NCBI GenBank assembly: GCA_964451745.1
Contig: CAYVJP010000002.1
Location: 1 to 37,533 of the forward strand
Length of the DNA stretch: 37,533 bases
Origin: an uncultured Anaerolineaceae bacterium
Lineage (GTDB): Bacteria; Chloroflexota; Limnocylindria; Limnocylindrales; CSP1-4
Reading direction: 5' to 3'
This document shows positions 8,230-16,851 of the stretch, in pieces (within the stretch, counting starts at the first letter, position 1; every line of letters starts with the position of its first letter). The notes beneath the pieces were generated by a model that made no database searches, had not been told where the DNA came from, and saw only the letters and a list, made by a program, of their open reading frames with translations. Made by a program: the position numbers and the translations under genes.

Positions 8230-8808
8230 TCAGGCGGGAACAGGCGTGGCGGCCAAGGTGGCGGCGATCTCGCGCGCCCATGCCTCGATGGCTTCCCAGT
8301 CGCGATAGTCGCCCGGAGGCAGGAGCCCCTTCGACATGGGCATCATCCGGACGAGCCGTTCGGCGATCGCGCGCGGCGGATCGGCCGGGTCGAAAGCTCC
8401 CGCGAACACGCGATGGTCGAGCGGGTGCGTGATCGCGCTGAGTTCCTCGATCTTCTTGCGACCGCCACTCCCGGGGCCCTCCGCCGGTCCCAGCGCGTCC
8501 GCGATCGGGTCACCGCTCATCTTGGCCGTGGAGCCGAGCAGCGGCCCACTGCTGAACAACCACAACGGTCGCGTGGCGAGCATCGCCTCGTTGCGCTCGA
8601 TGACCGAGGTCGCCTCGGGGAGCCAGCTGCCCATGTACACGCCGCTGCCGATCACGTAGGCGTCGGCGGGCGGCAGGTCGGCGCGGAGGTCGTTCGCGTC
8701 CGCCGCGTCACCGCCCAGACCTTCCGTCCGCAACACCTCGAGGATCCGTTCGGCGATCCCGCGCGTCGCGCCGTGCCGACTGCCATAGACGACGAGCACC
8801 CTGGTCAT
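8230..8808 (-). CDS. Flavodoxin-domain protein (HemG-like long-chain flavodoxin fold)
   Basis: ORF 8230..8808, ATG preceded by GGAGG. N-terminal VLVVYGSRHGATRGIAE FMN-binding loop. Confidence 0.75.
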   Translation of the reverse strand: MTRVLVVYGSRHGATRGIAERILEVLRTEGLGGDAADANDLRADLPPADAYVIGSGVYMGSWLPEATSVIERNEAMLATRPLWLFSSGPLLGSTAKMSGDPIADALGPAEGPGSGGRKKIEELSAITHPLDHRVFAGAFDPADPPRAIAERLVRMMPMSKGLLPPGDYRDWEAIEAWAREIAATLAATPVPA

Positions 8809-8941
8809 GACTGCGCCTCCTGCGCGTCAGTAGACCGCGTCTGGCCGGCGACCGGAAGGGTCCGACGGCCCGGGCTCGTGAGCCGTTCGGCTTGCCCGTC
8901 GCGATACGCTGGCCGCCTACGGATCCGGAGGTGCGACGCGC

Positions 8942-9313
8942 ATGGAACTCGGCAACTTCTCGGTGAGCCTTGCGGTCAAGGATCTGGCGGCATCCCGGGC
9001 GTTCTACGAGAAGCTCGGGTTCACGCCGATCGGCGGTGAGGCCGAACACGGCTGGCTGATCCTCCGGAACGGCACCACGGTGATCGGGCTGTTCCAGGGG
9101 ATGTTCGAGCGCAACATCCTGACGTTCAACCCCGGTTGGGACGGGGACGCGCAGCCCCTGGCGTCGTTCACCGATGTTCGGGAGCTTCAGCGACAGCTCC
9201 GCGCGGCCGGGGTCGCCTTCGAGCAGGAGGCCGACGAGACCACGACGGGTCCGGCGAGTCTCGTCGTCGTGGATCCGGACGGGAACCCGATCCTGCTCGA
9301 CCAGCACGTCTGA
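8942..9313 (+). CDS. VOC (glyoxalase/bleomycin-resistance/dioxygenase) family protein
   Basis: ORF 8942..9313, GGAGG 9 nt upstream. [12 protein letters not shown]... and C-terminal [11 protein letters not shown] are typical VOC modules. Confidence 0.8.
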   Translation: MELGNFSVSLAVKDLAASRAFYEKLGFTPIGGEAEHGWLILRNGTTVIGLFQGMFERNILTFNPGWDGDAQPLASFTDVRELQRQLRAAGVAFEQEADETTTGPASLVVVDPDGNPILLDQHV

Positions 9314-9330
9314 AGGTCGGGAGACGTGCC

Positions 9331-9356
9331 GAGGCCCCGTCTCGCGACGGGGCCTC
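9331..9356. terminator. Perfect 11-bp-stem hairpin between convergent genes (I-shaped terminator candidate, no U-tract)
   Basis: gaggccccgtc-tcgc-gacggggcctc. Lies between the VOC stop (9313) and the stop of the minus-strand gene (9384). Confidence 0.5.
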
Positions 9357-9383
9357 GATCGCTACGGCGACGTGCGACGGGGG

Positions 9384-10031
9384 TCAGCCGGCGAACGCGG
9401 CCGCCCATTCGGCTGCGGTGGCCGCGTCGTAGTCGAGCGTGTAGCCGCAGGCATTGATCGTGCCGCCGTTGGCCGTCACGAGGTACCGGCCACCCACCGC
9501 GAAGTCCGGGATCGGACCGGAGATGGCGACATCCACGACCGGGGCCGTCAGCGTGATGCTGCCTTCGGCGCCCTTCCAACCCTCGTTGACGTCGAACGTG
9601 ATCTGGTCGCCGTCCACCGCGGTGACCGTGCCATCGAAGGCGACCTCGTTGTTCGGCACGTTGGCGGCTTCGTAGACGAGGCACGACGCGACGCCACCAC
9701 CGCCCGCGGCAGGGTTCTGCGTCGGGCTGGGTGCGACACCCACCGGTCCCGGGTCCCTCGTACCGAGCCCACCGGCCCCGAACGCCACGGCGAGGGCGAC
9801 GACGCCGATCAGGGCCAGGCCGCCGAACAGGGCGAGCGGGCCGCGCGTGGGCCGGATGGTGGGATCGAACTGCTTGTCGGACATGATGTGCTCCTGGGTC
9901 CTCGCCGTCACGCGGGCGACACTCGCGGCGGGCAGGTCATCCGCACGGACCGGGTCGGCAGCGCGGAGACGGTCGATCGGATCGGATCCGGTCGGCAGGC
10001 TCACTTCACGACTCCTTCCATGCGGCACCAT
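9384..10031 (-). CDS. Single-pass membrane protein downstream of the ECF sigma factor (putative anti-sigma / sigma-associated protein)
   Basis: ORF 9384..10031; ATG overlaps the sigma gene end by 26 nt. About 60-aa cytoplasmic N-terminus, TM LALFGGLALIGVVALAVAF, about 130-aa extracytoplasmic domain. No zf-HC2 motif. Alternative start is MSDKQF at 9884. Confidence 0.55.
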   Translation of the reverse strand: MVPHGRSREVSLPTGSDPIDRLRAADPVRADDLPAASVARVTARTQEHIMSDKQFDPTIRPTRGPLALFGGLALIGVVALAVAFGAGGLGTRDPGPVGVAPSPTQNPAAGGGGVASCLVYEAANVPNNEVAFDGTVTAVDGDQITFDVNEGWKGAEGSITLTAPVVDVAISGPIPDFAVGGRYLVTANGGTINACGYTLDYDAATAAEWAAAFAG

Positions 10032-10590
10032 TCGTGCCCTTCACATCGGTCGATGTCCGGCTCGGGTCCGGATATTTCAGGTCATCGCTCACGATCTTCG
10101 CGAGCGCCTCGGTGAAGCGAGCCCGGGCTCGATGCAGGCGGATCGCGACGGCGTTCGCGGTGATCCCGAGGACGGCGGCGATCTGCTGGTTGCCGAGCTC
10201 CTCCCAGGCGACCAGCCGCAGCACCTCCTGGTCGGCTGGCGACAGCTGCGCCAGGGCCGCGAACGCGGGCCCGTCCCGGTCCTCCCCGGTGGGGATCGGC
10301 GTCGCGACGTCCTCGACCCGGAGCAGCGCCGCGAGCCGTTCCCGGCGGCCCAACCCGCGCCGGTGGTTGGCAAGGACACGGCGCGCAACGGCGTACAGCC
10401 ACGGAAGCGGTTCCGCGACCGGGATGGAATCGAGCTTGCGCCACGCGATCGCGAACGTCTCCGACGCCACGTCCTCGGCATCCGCGAGTGACGTCGTCCG
10501 GCGCATCGCATACGCGAGCACCGGCCGCTGGCACTCGGTGAAGATCGCGTCGAAGCGAGCGAGGGGCGTCGGCTGGGTGGGGCTGGTCAC
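10006..10590 (-). CDS. ECF (group IV) RNA polymerase sigma-70 family factor
   Basis: Region 2 DAEDVASETFAIAWRKL...LPWLYAVARRVLANHRR and region 4 LSPADQEVLRLVAWEELGNQQIAAVLGITANAVAIRLHRAR. I prefer GTG at 10590 because the longer ORF (to 10758) runs into the upstream lipoprotein gene and is Arg-rich. Confidence 0.8.
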   Translation of the reverse strand: MTSPTQPTPLARFDAIFTECQRPVLAYAMRRTTSLADAEDVASETFAIAWRKLDSIPVAEPLPWLYAVARRVLANHRRGLGRRERLAALLRVEDVATPIPTGEDRDGPAFAALAQLSPADQEVLRLVAWEELGNQQIAAVLGITANAVAIRLHRARARFTEALAKIVSDDLKYPDPSRTSTDVKGTNGAAWKES

Positions 10591-10598
10591 CGTGCCCG

Positions 10599-10624
10599 GA
10601 CGACCTCGCGCGGCAGGAGGTTCC
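10599..10624 (-). promoter_or_regulatory. Candidate ECF-type (autoregulatory) promoter GGAAC-N17-CGTC
   Basis: Minus strand reads GGAAC (10624-10620), 17 nt, CGTC (10602-10599), then 8 nt to the GTG at 10590. Matches the generic ECF -35/-10 pattern and implies a very short or absent leader. Confidence 0.35.
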
Positions 10625-10696
10625 ACGTCGGGTCGACGGCTTGCCCGGTTCCGATGACCGCGACAGCGATCGGCACACGGATCGGCACGAAGACCG

Positions 10697-11401
10697 TCAC
10701 GGCGCCGCGCCGCCGATGACGACCGACTCGAGAACGGGTTCGGCGACTGCGAGCGCACGGTCCCAGTCCGCCGCCGCGCCCCCGACGAGGACCGCGAGGA
10801 GGCCGTCGCTGGTGTCGAAGAACGACATCCACAAGCGCCGCCCGGGGTCGAAGGCGAGTCGGCCCGGCGCGACCTCCAGGACCGGCGAGGTCACGGTGCC
10901 GGAGTTCTCGACCTCGATCGTGAACCCGTCCAGACCGCCGAGCCGCGAGCCACTCTCCCCGAGGACGGCGACCCCGGGGTTCTGCTTCACCGCGCCGACG
11001 GCATCGGCAGCGGTGGTAGCGGGGATCATCGCGCCGTCCGCGCCGACGACCGCATCCACCAGCGCGAACTGGACGGCGATCACGCCCGGCGTGCCCGGGT
11101 CCTGCTGGACGTCGAAGAACCCGTCGCTGATCGTGCCGCCGACCCAGCCATCATCGATGGTGAAGGTCACCGGCGGCACGAAGCCCGTCCGTGTGTAGGT
11201 CCCGGCGGGAAGCGCGCCCACCGCGACTTCGCGGGGTCCGGACGCGACCGAGGGTGCCGCCGTCGGCGCCGCCGAGGCGAGGGGTGTCGGACTGACCGCC
11301 GCCGGCGATGCTGACGGCGTCGGCGCGGGCGCGCAGCCCACCGCCAGGAGGCACGCGCCGATCGCGAGCCATCGAGCGAGCGATGTCGACCTGGTGGCCA
11401 T
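10697..11401 (-). CDS. Lipoprotein of unknown function
   Basis: ORF 10697..11401. Signal peptide with lipobox LLAVGC, followed by an Ala/Pro/Ser-rich linker and a globular domain. Confidence 0.7.
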   Translation of the reverse strand: MATRSTSLARWLAIGACLLAVGCAPAPTPSASPAAVSPTPLASAAPTAAPSVASGPREVAVGALPAGTYTRTGFVPPVTFTIDDGWVGGTISDGFFDVQQDPGTPGVIAVQFALVDAVVGADGAMIPATTAADAVGAVKQNPGVAVLGESGSRLGGLDGFTIEVENSGTVTSPVLEVAPGRLAFDPGRRLWMSFFDTSDGLLAVLVGGAAADWDRALAVAEPVLESVVIGGAAP

Positions 11402-11406
11402 GCGCC

Positions 11407-12393
11407 CTACGCTTCCGGGATCACGAGGACCTTGCCCTTGGCACGGCCGTCGTCGACGTAGCGCAGGGCATCGACGACCTCGGCGAGCGGATACCGGCGA
11501 TCGATCACCGGGCGGAGGACGCCGGCCGCGTGGAGCTCACCGAGCGCGGCGACGTCCGGCGGATGGAACGGCTTCCACCACAGCATGAGGCCCTGCGACT
11601 TGCCGGTCGCGAGTGACGCGACCGGGCCGACGATCAGCGACTGGACCAGGCTGGGCGTGGAGCCCCCGAGGGTGACGTAGACGCCCTTCGGGCGCAGGGC
11701 GCGGCGGATCCTGAGGATCGAGTGATGCGATTCGGCGGCGAGGATCCAGTCGTAGCGCTCGCCGGTCGAGGTGTAGTCGGTCGTCGCGTAGTCGATCACG
11801 TGATCGGCACCGAGCGAACGCACGAGGTCCGCTTTCCCGGCGCTGCAGACACCGGTCACCTCGGCACCCAGATGCTTGGCGATCTGGACCGCGAAGGGCC
11901 CCACGTTGCCCGAGGCGCCGTCGATCAGGACCCGATCACCGCGCCTCGGTGTACGGCCGTCGCGCCGTCGAAGGCCCTGGATCGCCAGGACCGCCGAGTG
12001 CGGCATCGTCGCCGCGTCCTCGAACGACATCCCGTCCGGGATCTTCTCGAACGCCCCTTCGGGGGCGGCCACGGCCTCGGCGAAGCTGCCCGAGCCGCTC
12101 GGATAGAGATCGGCGAAGACCCGATCGCCGACACGGAACCGTGCGGCGCCCGTTCCGACCTTCTCGACGACACCGGCCACATCGCACCCGACACGTCGGT
12201 TCCGTGGCCCCCGGATGCCGAGGAACAGACGCAGGAATCCGGGCTTGGGCATGATGAGATCGAGGTCGGCTCGATTCACCGACGCGGCCCGGACGCGCAC
12301 CACGATCTGCCCGTCGGCGGGCGTGGGATCGTCGACATCCTGCACCGCGACGACCTCGGGCCCGCCGTATCGCTCACGAAGGGCCGCCTTCAC
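11407..12393 (-). CDS. NAD(P)-dependent medium-chain dehydrogenase/reductase (quinone oxidoreductase / Zn-ADH family)
   Basis: ORF 11407..12393 (GTG start, GTGA overlap with the upstream ORF). VRVRAASVNRADL, GCDVAGVV, Rossmann LIDGASGNVGPFAVQIAK. Confidence 0.85.
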   Translation of the reverse strand: MKAALRERYGGPEVVAVQDVDDPTPADGQIVVRVRAASVNRADLDLIMPKPGFLRLFLGIRGPRNRRVGCDVAGVVEKVGTGAARFRVGDRVFADLYPSGSGSFAEAVAAPEGAFEKIPDGMSFEDAATMPHSAVLAIQGLRRRDGRTPRRGDRVLIDGASGNVGPFAVQIAKHLGAEVTGVCSAGKADLVRSLGADHVIDYATTDYTSTGERYDWILAAESHHSILRIRRALRPKGVYVTLGGSTPSLVQSLIVGPVASLATGKSQGLMLWWKPFHPPDVAALGELHAAGVLRPVIDRRYPLAEVVDALRYVDDGRAKGKVLVIPEA

Positions 12394-12668
12394 GGCTCTC
12401 GCCCGTTCCCGTCGGCCGGCTGGCCCGCCGTCTCATCTTCAGCCTTGGTCGCGCGATAGGCGGCCAGGTCCGCCTTGGCCTTGCGGTCGAAGAACGGGAT
12501 GAGCAGGGGCAGCATCAGCAGACCGGCGACGAGGAGCGCCGCGAATGGGACGAGCCCCTGGAGGGCCGCCGGCAGGACGGCCCCGAGGACGGCCGCGCCC
12601 ACCAGGTAGCCGACAGCGCCGGCCGGGAACGCGAGGAGGAGCAGGATCGTCGGCATATTGGATCGCAT
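12390..12668 (-). CDS. Small membrane protein (two hydrophobic segments, charged tail)
   Basis: ORF 12390..12668, translationally coupled (4-nt overlap) to the dehydrogenase gene. High GC3, hydrophobic helices. No family recognised. Confidence 0.5.
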   Translation of the reverse strand: MRSNMPTILLLLAFPAGAVGYLVGAAVLGAVLPAALQGLVPFAALLVAGLLMLPLLIPFFDRKAKADLAAYRATKAEDETAGQPADGNGREP

Positions 12669-12724
12669 CGACAGCGATCGTACCCCGCGCCGTCGTGGAT
12701 CGACCGGGCCGCCACGGATCGGCG

Positions 12725-13129
12725 CTATCCCGGTGAGATGGCCACGATGAGACTGGAACCGAGCATCACGAGGGCGACGGGGACCCAGATCCGCCGCTCA
12801 CCGGCGCTTCGCGAGGCGGCGTTGAGGACGACGCTGACCGCGGAGAAGGCGACCACGAGCCAGATGAGCGACGGGAGCCCGGAGAGCAACGGCACGACGA
12901 TCAGGCCGGCGCTCGAGAGCACGATCAGGACCAGCAGGACGAGCAGTGCCGCCATGCCCGCCGCCGCGACGCGCATCCGGGGTGGGTACCGCCCGGGGAA
13001 GGCGCCGCCCATCGCGTAGGCGCCCCACGGGGCGCCCAGTGCGAGGGCGATCTGGAAGGCGATCACGCCCACGGTGACGGCCGAGAACAGGATGGCGGCG
13101 GCTTGCGTCACCCGGGCATGATGCCCCAT
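12725..13129 (-). CDS. Integral membrane protein (about 4 TM), unknown function
   Basis: In-frame ATG at 13129 of ORF 12725..13321 (MGHHARVTQAAAILFSAVTVGVIAF...). The longer N-terminus is Arg-rich and would overlap the upstream gene. Confidence 0.55.
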   Translation of the reverse strand: MGHHARVTQAAAILFSAVTVGVIAFQIALALGAPWGAYAMGGAFPGRYPPRMRVAAAGMAALLVLLVLIVLSSAGLIVVPLLSGLPSLIWLVVAFSAVSVVLNAASRSAGERRIWVPVALVMLGSSLIVAISPG

Positions 13130-13176
13130 CCGACTCCCGACGACGACGCCTGGGCGGTCGGACGCGCGGTCGCGTG

Positions 13177-13842
13177 TCAGATCGGCGGCGCGACGATGAT
13201 GTAGCGGCCGTACCAGGCCTTGTCGTAGTTCGCCGGCGCGTCGAGCTCGCGATACGTGTTCAGGGGACTCGCCTCGGCGGCGTACCGACGGTGACGCGAG
13301 CCGTAGGGATCGCTGATCCACACGTTGATGAGCTTGAAATCGCCGCGCCGCGGGTCACGCGTGGCCTCGAACCCGGTCATGACCACCGCGTGACGGCCGT
13401 TCTGGACGAGGAGCCCGACGGGCTTGCGCTCTTCGGCGATCACTCGGGCGGCGTGCTTGAGGGCGATGTACTCCGAGGAGTACGCCTCCCAGCGATACTC
13501 GAAGTTGCCGCGGCCCGCCTTCCAGGAGAAGTACGTCATCGCTCGCGCCCACCCGAGCGGGTCGGAGCCGCGCTGCACCCGATCATTGAGGGTGTCGCGA
13601 GCTTGCGCCCACTTGAGGATGTACGCCTGGTTGAGATTCAGATCACGCCGCGCGATGAAGTTGAGCATCATCGCCGTCGCCGCCGCGGTGCACGTCCGCG
13701 AGTTGATCTGGCGCTCGTAGCCGTCGCGGAAGTAGAGATCCTCCACGTGCAGGGCGGCAGCGGCCGGCGCCGGCGCGCTCGACAGCAGGCCGAACGCGAG
13801 GGCCAAGGCGACGACTCCCGGTAGCAGGGCGCGTTTGGTCAT
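13177..13842 (-). CDS. Secreted papain-fold cysteine peptidase (C39-like)
   Basis: In-frame ATG at 13842 preceded by GGGAGGGAG. Signal peptide [29 protein letters not shown]. Gln-x5-Cys ([16 protein letters not shown]), His in [11 protein letters not shown], Asp in WISDPYG. Confidence 0.65.
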   Translation of the reverse strand: MTKRALLPGVVALALAFGLLSSAPAPAAAALHVEDLYFRDGYERQINSRTCTAAATAMMLNFIARRDLNLNQAYILKWAQARDTLNDRVQRGSDPLGWARAMTYFSWKAGRGNFEYRWEAYSSEYIALKHAARVIAEERKPVGLLVQNGRHAVVMTGFEATRDPRRGDFKLINVWISDPYGSRHRRYAAEASPLNTYRELDAPANYDKAWYGRYIIVAPPI

Positions 13843-14074
13843 CCCGGATCTCCCTCCCCCGGCGTGCGCGTGGACCACGAAAGTGTCGCATCCGCCGGTG
13901 GTGCGGCGGGCAGCACGGATGTCCGCCCGACGTTGCATGGACCTTACAGGAGCCGTCGTGACCGGTGTCTGGCCCATCCGTCCCGTCGCGGCCGGGACCA
14001 CCGTCGTAGGACGTTCCGGCTACCGCGCCGGACGAGTCCACGCCCCGGGAGGCGACGCATGCCAGAATCCGGTG

Positions 14075-14518
14075 ATGCCACTCCGCGGTGAATACGAACC
14101 AGGCACGTCCGCATGGGCGCGCCGACATGCCGAACGATACGAGGCGTCCGGCGGCACCCGGTCGAGCGAATTGGGCGGACGTCCGATCGTCGTGCTGACC
14201 TCCGTCGGGGCGAAGACCGGGAAGCTTCGCAAGACCGCGCTCATGCGGGTGGAGCACGACGGGACGTACGCGGTCGTCGCGTCACTCGGTGGTGCCGCTC
14301 GGAACCCGGCCTGGTATCACAACCTCCGGGCGCACCCACAGTGCGAACTGCAGGACGGACCGACGAGGCGCGACTATGTCGCCCGCGAAGCCACGGGCGA
14401 CGAGCGGGTCACCTGGTGGCAGCGGGCGGTGGAAGCCTTTCCCATGTACGCGGGGTACCAGAAGAAGACGCGACGGATCATCCCGGTCTTCGTCCTGGAA
14501 CCGGTCGAGGCGGCCTGA
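14075..14518 (+). CDS. Deazaflavin (F420H2)-dependent nitroreductase-family oxidoreductase (Ddn-like)
   Basis: In-frame ATG at 14075. [47 protein letters not shown] and C-terminal [11 protein letters not shown] are the family signature. Confidence 0.85.
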   Translation: MPLRGEYEPGTSAWARRHAERYEASGGTRSSELGGRPIVVLTSVGAKTGKLRKTALMRVEHDGTYAVVASLGGAARNPAWYHNLRAHPQCELQDGPTRRDYVAREATGDERVTWWQRAVEAFPMYAGYQKKTRRIIPVFVLEPVEAA

Positions 14519-14559
14519 CTGCCCGGGCTCCCCTCGTGACGCTCGGCGACGCTCGCCGA

Positions 14560-14733
14560 TCAGAACGGCACGGCCATGCCGGCAGGGTCAGGCGTGATGT
14601 CGAACGACGGGCCGGCGACCTGGACGCCGACGATGGCCGTCACGACCACGATCACCGCGACGGCGATGGCTGCGATCAGGAAGATACGACCGACGCTGCC
14701 AAGCGTGGTCTGGGTTGGCTGATTGAGCGCCAT
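14560..14733 (-). CDS. 57-aa single-TM small protein
   Basis: Minus-strand ATG at 14733 preceded by GGAGG 7 nt upstream. MALNQPTQTTLGSVGRIFLIAAIAVAVIVVVTAIVGVQVAGPSFDITPDPAGMAVPF. Forms the C-terminal end of the spurious 685-aa ORF. Confidence 0.5.
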   Translation of the reverse strand: MALNQPTQTTLGSVGRIFLIAAIAVAVIVVVTAIVGVQVAGPSFDITPDPAGMAVPF

Positions 14734-14909
14734 GATTCGCCTCCATCGGGTGGGTGCCATGTGCCAGCCGGCCGGCGACGACGTGCGCCTTGGCGACCCG
14801 ATCGAAGCGCACGGCCCCAACGTCGCCGGCGGCAGCGCCCCCTGGGACCGATGCTGCATCGCCCGAATCCCGTTGCCAAGTGCCACCCGGCCGTAGAACC
14901 TCGGGCCGT

Positions 14910-15665
14910 TCAGGGGTCGTGCGTCGGATCCATGGCGCCGAGATCGAGCGTGATGGGACGGCCTGCGCCATCGACCAGTCGCCATCGGATCCCCAGCTCC
15001 TCGTCGCGGCCATCGAGGAGGGCTCCGGCGATGGCGGCTGCGGGAGCCGCCGGCCCGAGGGCAGCGATCCGGCGCGCAACGGCAAAGGTGGCGACCGCCG
15101 GGACGTTGCCGACGACGTCGCGGCGAACGATCCCCTCGGCGTCGGGGGCGCCGGCAGCGGTCAGTCGCTCCAGGAGACGGCGAGCCCGTCGGCGATCCTC
15201 GTCCTCGAGCGCGCTGATCCACGACGGCTCCGTCGCTTCGGCCCGTGCGGCCGTGGCGGGCTTGGCCTTCGTTGCGGGCTTCACCCTCGTGCCGGGTTTC
15301 GCCGCCGCACCGGGTTCCGCCGACGTGTCGGGCCGTACGGGCTTCGCGTCCTGGGCGACGGCGCTGCTCGAGGCCGTCTTCGTCCGGCCGGTTGCCGACG
15401 CCGCTCCCCGGATCCGTTCGGCCCGCGCCGGGAGCGGCGAGGTGACCGGCTCGGCCTCGCGAGCCACGGCGATGGCAGCCTTGGCCGCGCCGAGACTGCC
15501 GAATGGGCCGCGGACCAGCGGGAGGCCGAGGTCGTCGACCTGCTCGCCGTCCACGACGACCCACGTCCCCGACTGCGGCTCGATCGTGAAGCGCGCGTCG
15601 CGCGTCTGCCACCGCCCGCCACCGAGACGCTTGAGCGCTTCGTCCTTGTCCGCCGCTGCCGCCAT
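14910..15665 (-). CDS. Hypothetical protein with two small globular ends joined by an Ala/Pro/Lys/Thr-rich linker
   Basis: ORF 14910..15665. High GC3 and balanced composition in the end domains (RWQTRDARFTIEPQSGTWVVVDGEQV...; ...LGIRWRLVDGAGRPITLDLG). Linker contains KPGTRVKPATKAKPATAA. No family recognised. Confidence 0.6.
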   Translation of the reverse strand: MAAAADKDEALKRLGGGRWQTRDARFTIEPQSGTWVVVDGEQVDDLGLPLVRGPFGSLGAAKAAIAVAREAEPVTSPLPARAERIRGAASATGRTKTASSSAVAQDAKPVRPDTSAEPGAAAKPGTRVKPATKAKPATAARAEATEPSWISALEDEDRRRARRLLERLTAAGAPDAEGIVRRDVVGNVPAVATFAVARRIAALGPAAPAAAIAGALLDGRDEELGIRWRLVDGAGRPITLDLGAMDPTHDP

Positions 15666-15689
15666 GGGGCCACGATACCGCGCCAGCCC

Positions 15690-16502
15690 TCACTCGGCCG
15701 ATGGGGCTCCGTCGTACAGCGCGTCCAGCTGATCGTCGGAGCGGCCACGGATCAGCCGCCAACCGTAGGCCCACAGGGTCAGGTTCAAGGCGAGCCAGAC
15801 CATCAGGATCGGGATCAGCATCGGATGATCCACGCCGCCCGCGGTCAGCGTGGTGAGCGCCATGACGTCGAGTGCGACATGCAGCGCGACGACGGGCCAG
15901 AGGCTCCCTGACCTGATCCGCAGCGCCGCCAACGTCACGCCGCCGGCCGTCGTGGCGGCGATCTGCATGACCGTGAACCCCGCGTGCGCGCCCGCGACGA
16001 TGTTGACGGCGTGGGCGAACCCGAAGAGGAGCGCGGAACCGATGATCGCGTTCCGCCAGCCTTGCGGTCGAAGGCCTTCGAGCACGATCCCTCGGAAGAA
16101 GATCTCCTCGTTGAGGGCGATGAGCGGCGCCCCGACCAGCACGATGGGCACGATCTGCGATCGCTCGATATGGATCCCGAGGAGGAGGAACACGGCTCCC
16201 GTGAGCGTCGGGTACGCAAATGTTGCGATCGCTGCCCTCCGGCCGAGCCGTGTCAGCCCGATCCGGTCCCACCAGCCGAGGGCGGCGACCAGGCCCAGGG
16301 CGAGCACGGTGTAGAAGCCCCAGATGACCGGCCCGAGCCACGCGTCCGGCAACCCGGGCACCACCGATCGAACAAGACCGGCGTCGTTCCAGGCGATGGC
16401 GATGTGGATGGCTTCGAACACGGCGAAACAGCCCAGCACGAAGGGCGCAGGGTGCCGTCGACGCCAGGAGACACCCACCGGAGCCGAACGGACGACGACC
16501 AT
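15690..16502 (-). CDS. CPBP-family (CAAX/Abi) intramembrane glutamic endopeptidase
   Basis: ORF 15690..16502. Multi-TM with NEEIFFRG (EExxxR), FGFAHAVN (FxxxH) and HVALD motifs. Confidence 0.8.
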   Translation of the reverse strand: MVVVRSAPVGVSWRRRHPAPFVLGCFAVFEAIHIAIAWNDAGLVRSVVPGLPDAWLGPVIWGFYTVLALGLVAALGWWDRIGLTRLGRRAAIATFAYPTLTGAVFLLLGIHIERSQIVPIVLVGAPLIALNEEIFFRGIVLEGLRPQGWRNAIIGSALLFGFAHAVNIVAGAHAGFTVMQIAATTAGGVTLAALRIRSGSLWPVVALHVALDVMALTTLTAGGVDHPMLIPILMVWLALNLTLWAYGWRLIRGRSDDQLDALYDGAPSAE

Positions 16503-16615
16503 GGCTGGATCGTCGTGGCTCGCCTCGCGCCGATGCCAGTGTCGTTCGTCGTGCCGCCACCGTCCGGATGGCCTGCCGGTCCGACACCGCTTGCATCGGG
16601 TGTGATGATGCGCAC

Positions 16616-16828
16616 ATGGTCGAGTACGGGCACGGCGTCAGCGAGGGGGCCGGTCAGGTCTCCGGGTCCCAGGGCGGCCTCGGTTCGGGTGGTGGCGACT
16701 GGGGGGCCCGGATCGGCGACATCGCGAATGACGCGGTCAGCGGACTCGCGGCGCTCTCGCCGGCCCAGCTGCTGCTGCTGATCGTGGTCGTGGTGATCGG
16801 CTTCTTCGTGCTGAAGCGCGCGCTCTAG
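16616..16828 (+). CDS. Small Gly/Ser-rich protein with a C-terminal TM anchor (hypothetical)
   Basis: ATG at 16616 inside ORF 16568..16828. High GC3. Ends LLLLIVVVVIGFFVLKRAL. No homology recognised. Confidence 0.4.
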   Translation: MVEYGHGVSEGAGQVSGSQGGLGSGGGDWGARIGDIANDAVSGLAALSPAQLLLLIVVVVIGFFVLKRAL

Positions 16829-16851
16829 GCTCGGTCAGGCGCCAGCAGTCC

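Noticed and set aside
14560-16617. 685-aa ORF on the minus strand, with overlapping plus-strand ORFs 14113..15732 and 14754..15911
   Set aside because: The translations are dominated by Arg/Pro/Gly/Ala, which is typical of out-of-frame reading of high-GC DNA. They overlap three shorter ORFs with protein-like composition and recognisable motifs (CPBP protease, 251-aa protein, 57-aa TM peptide). Only the last 57 codons are kept, as a separate small gene.
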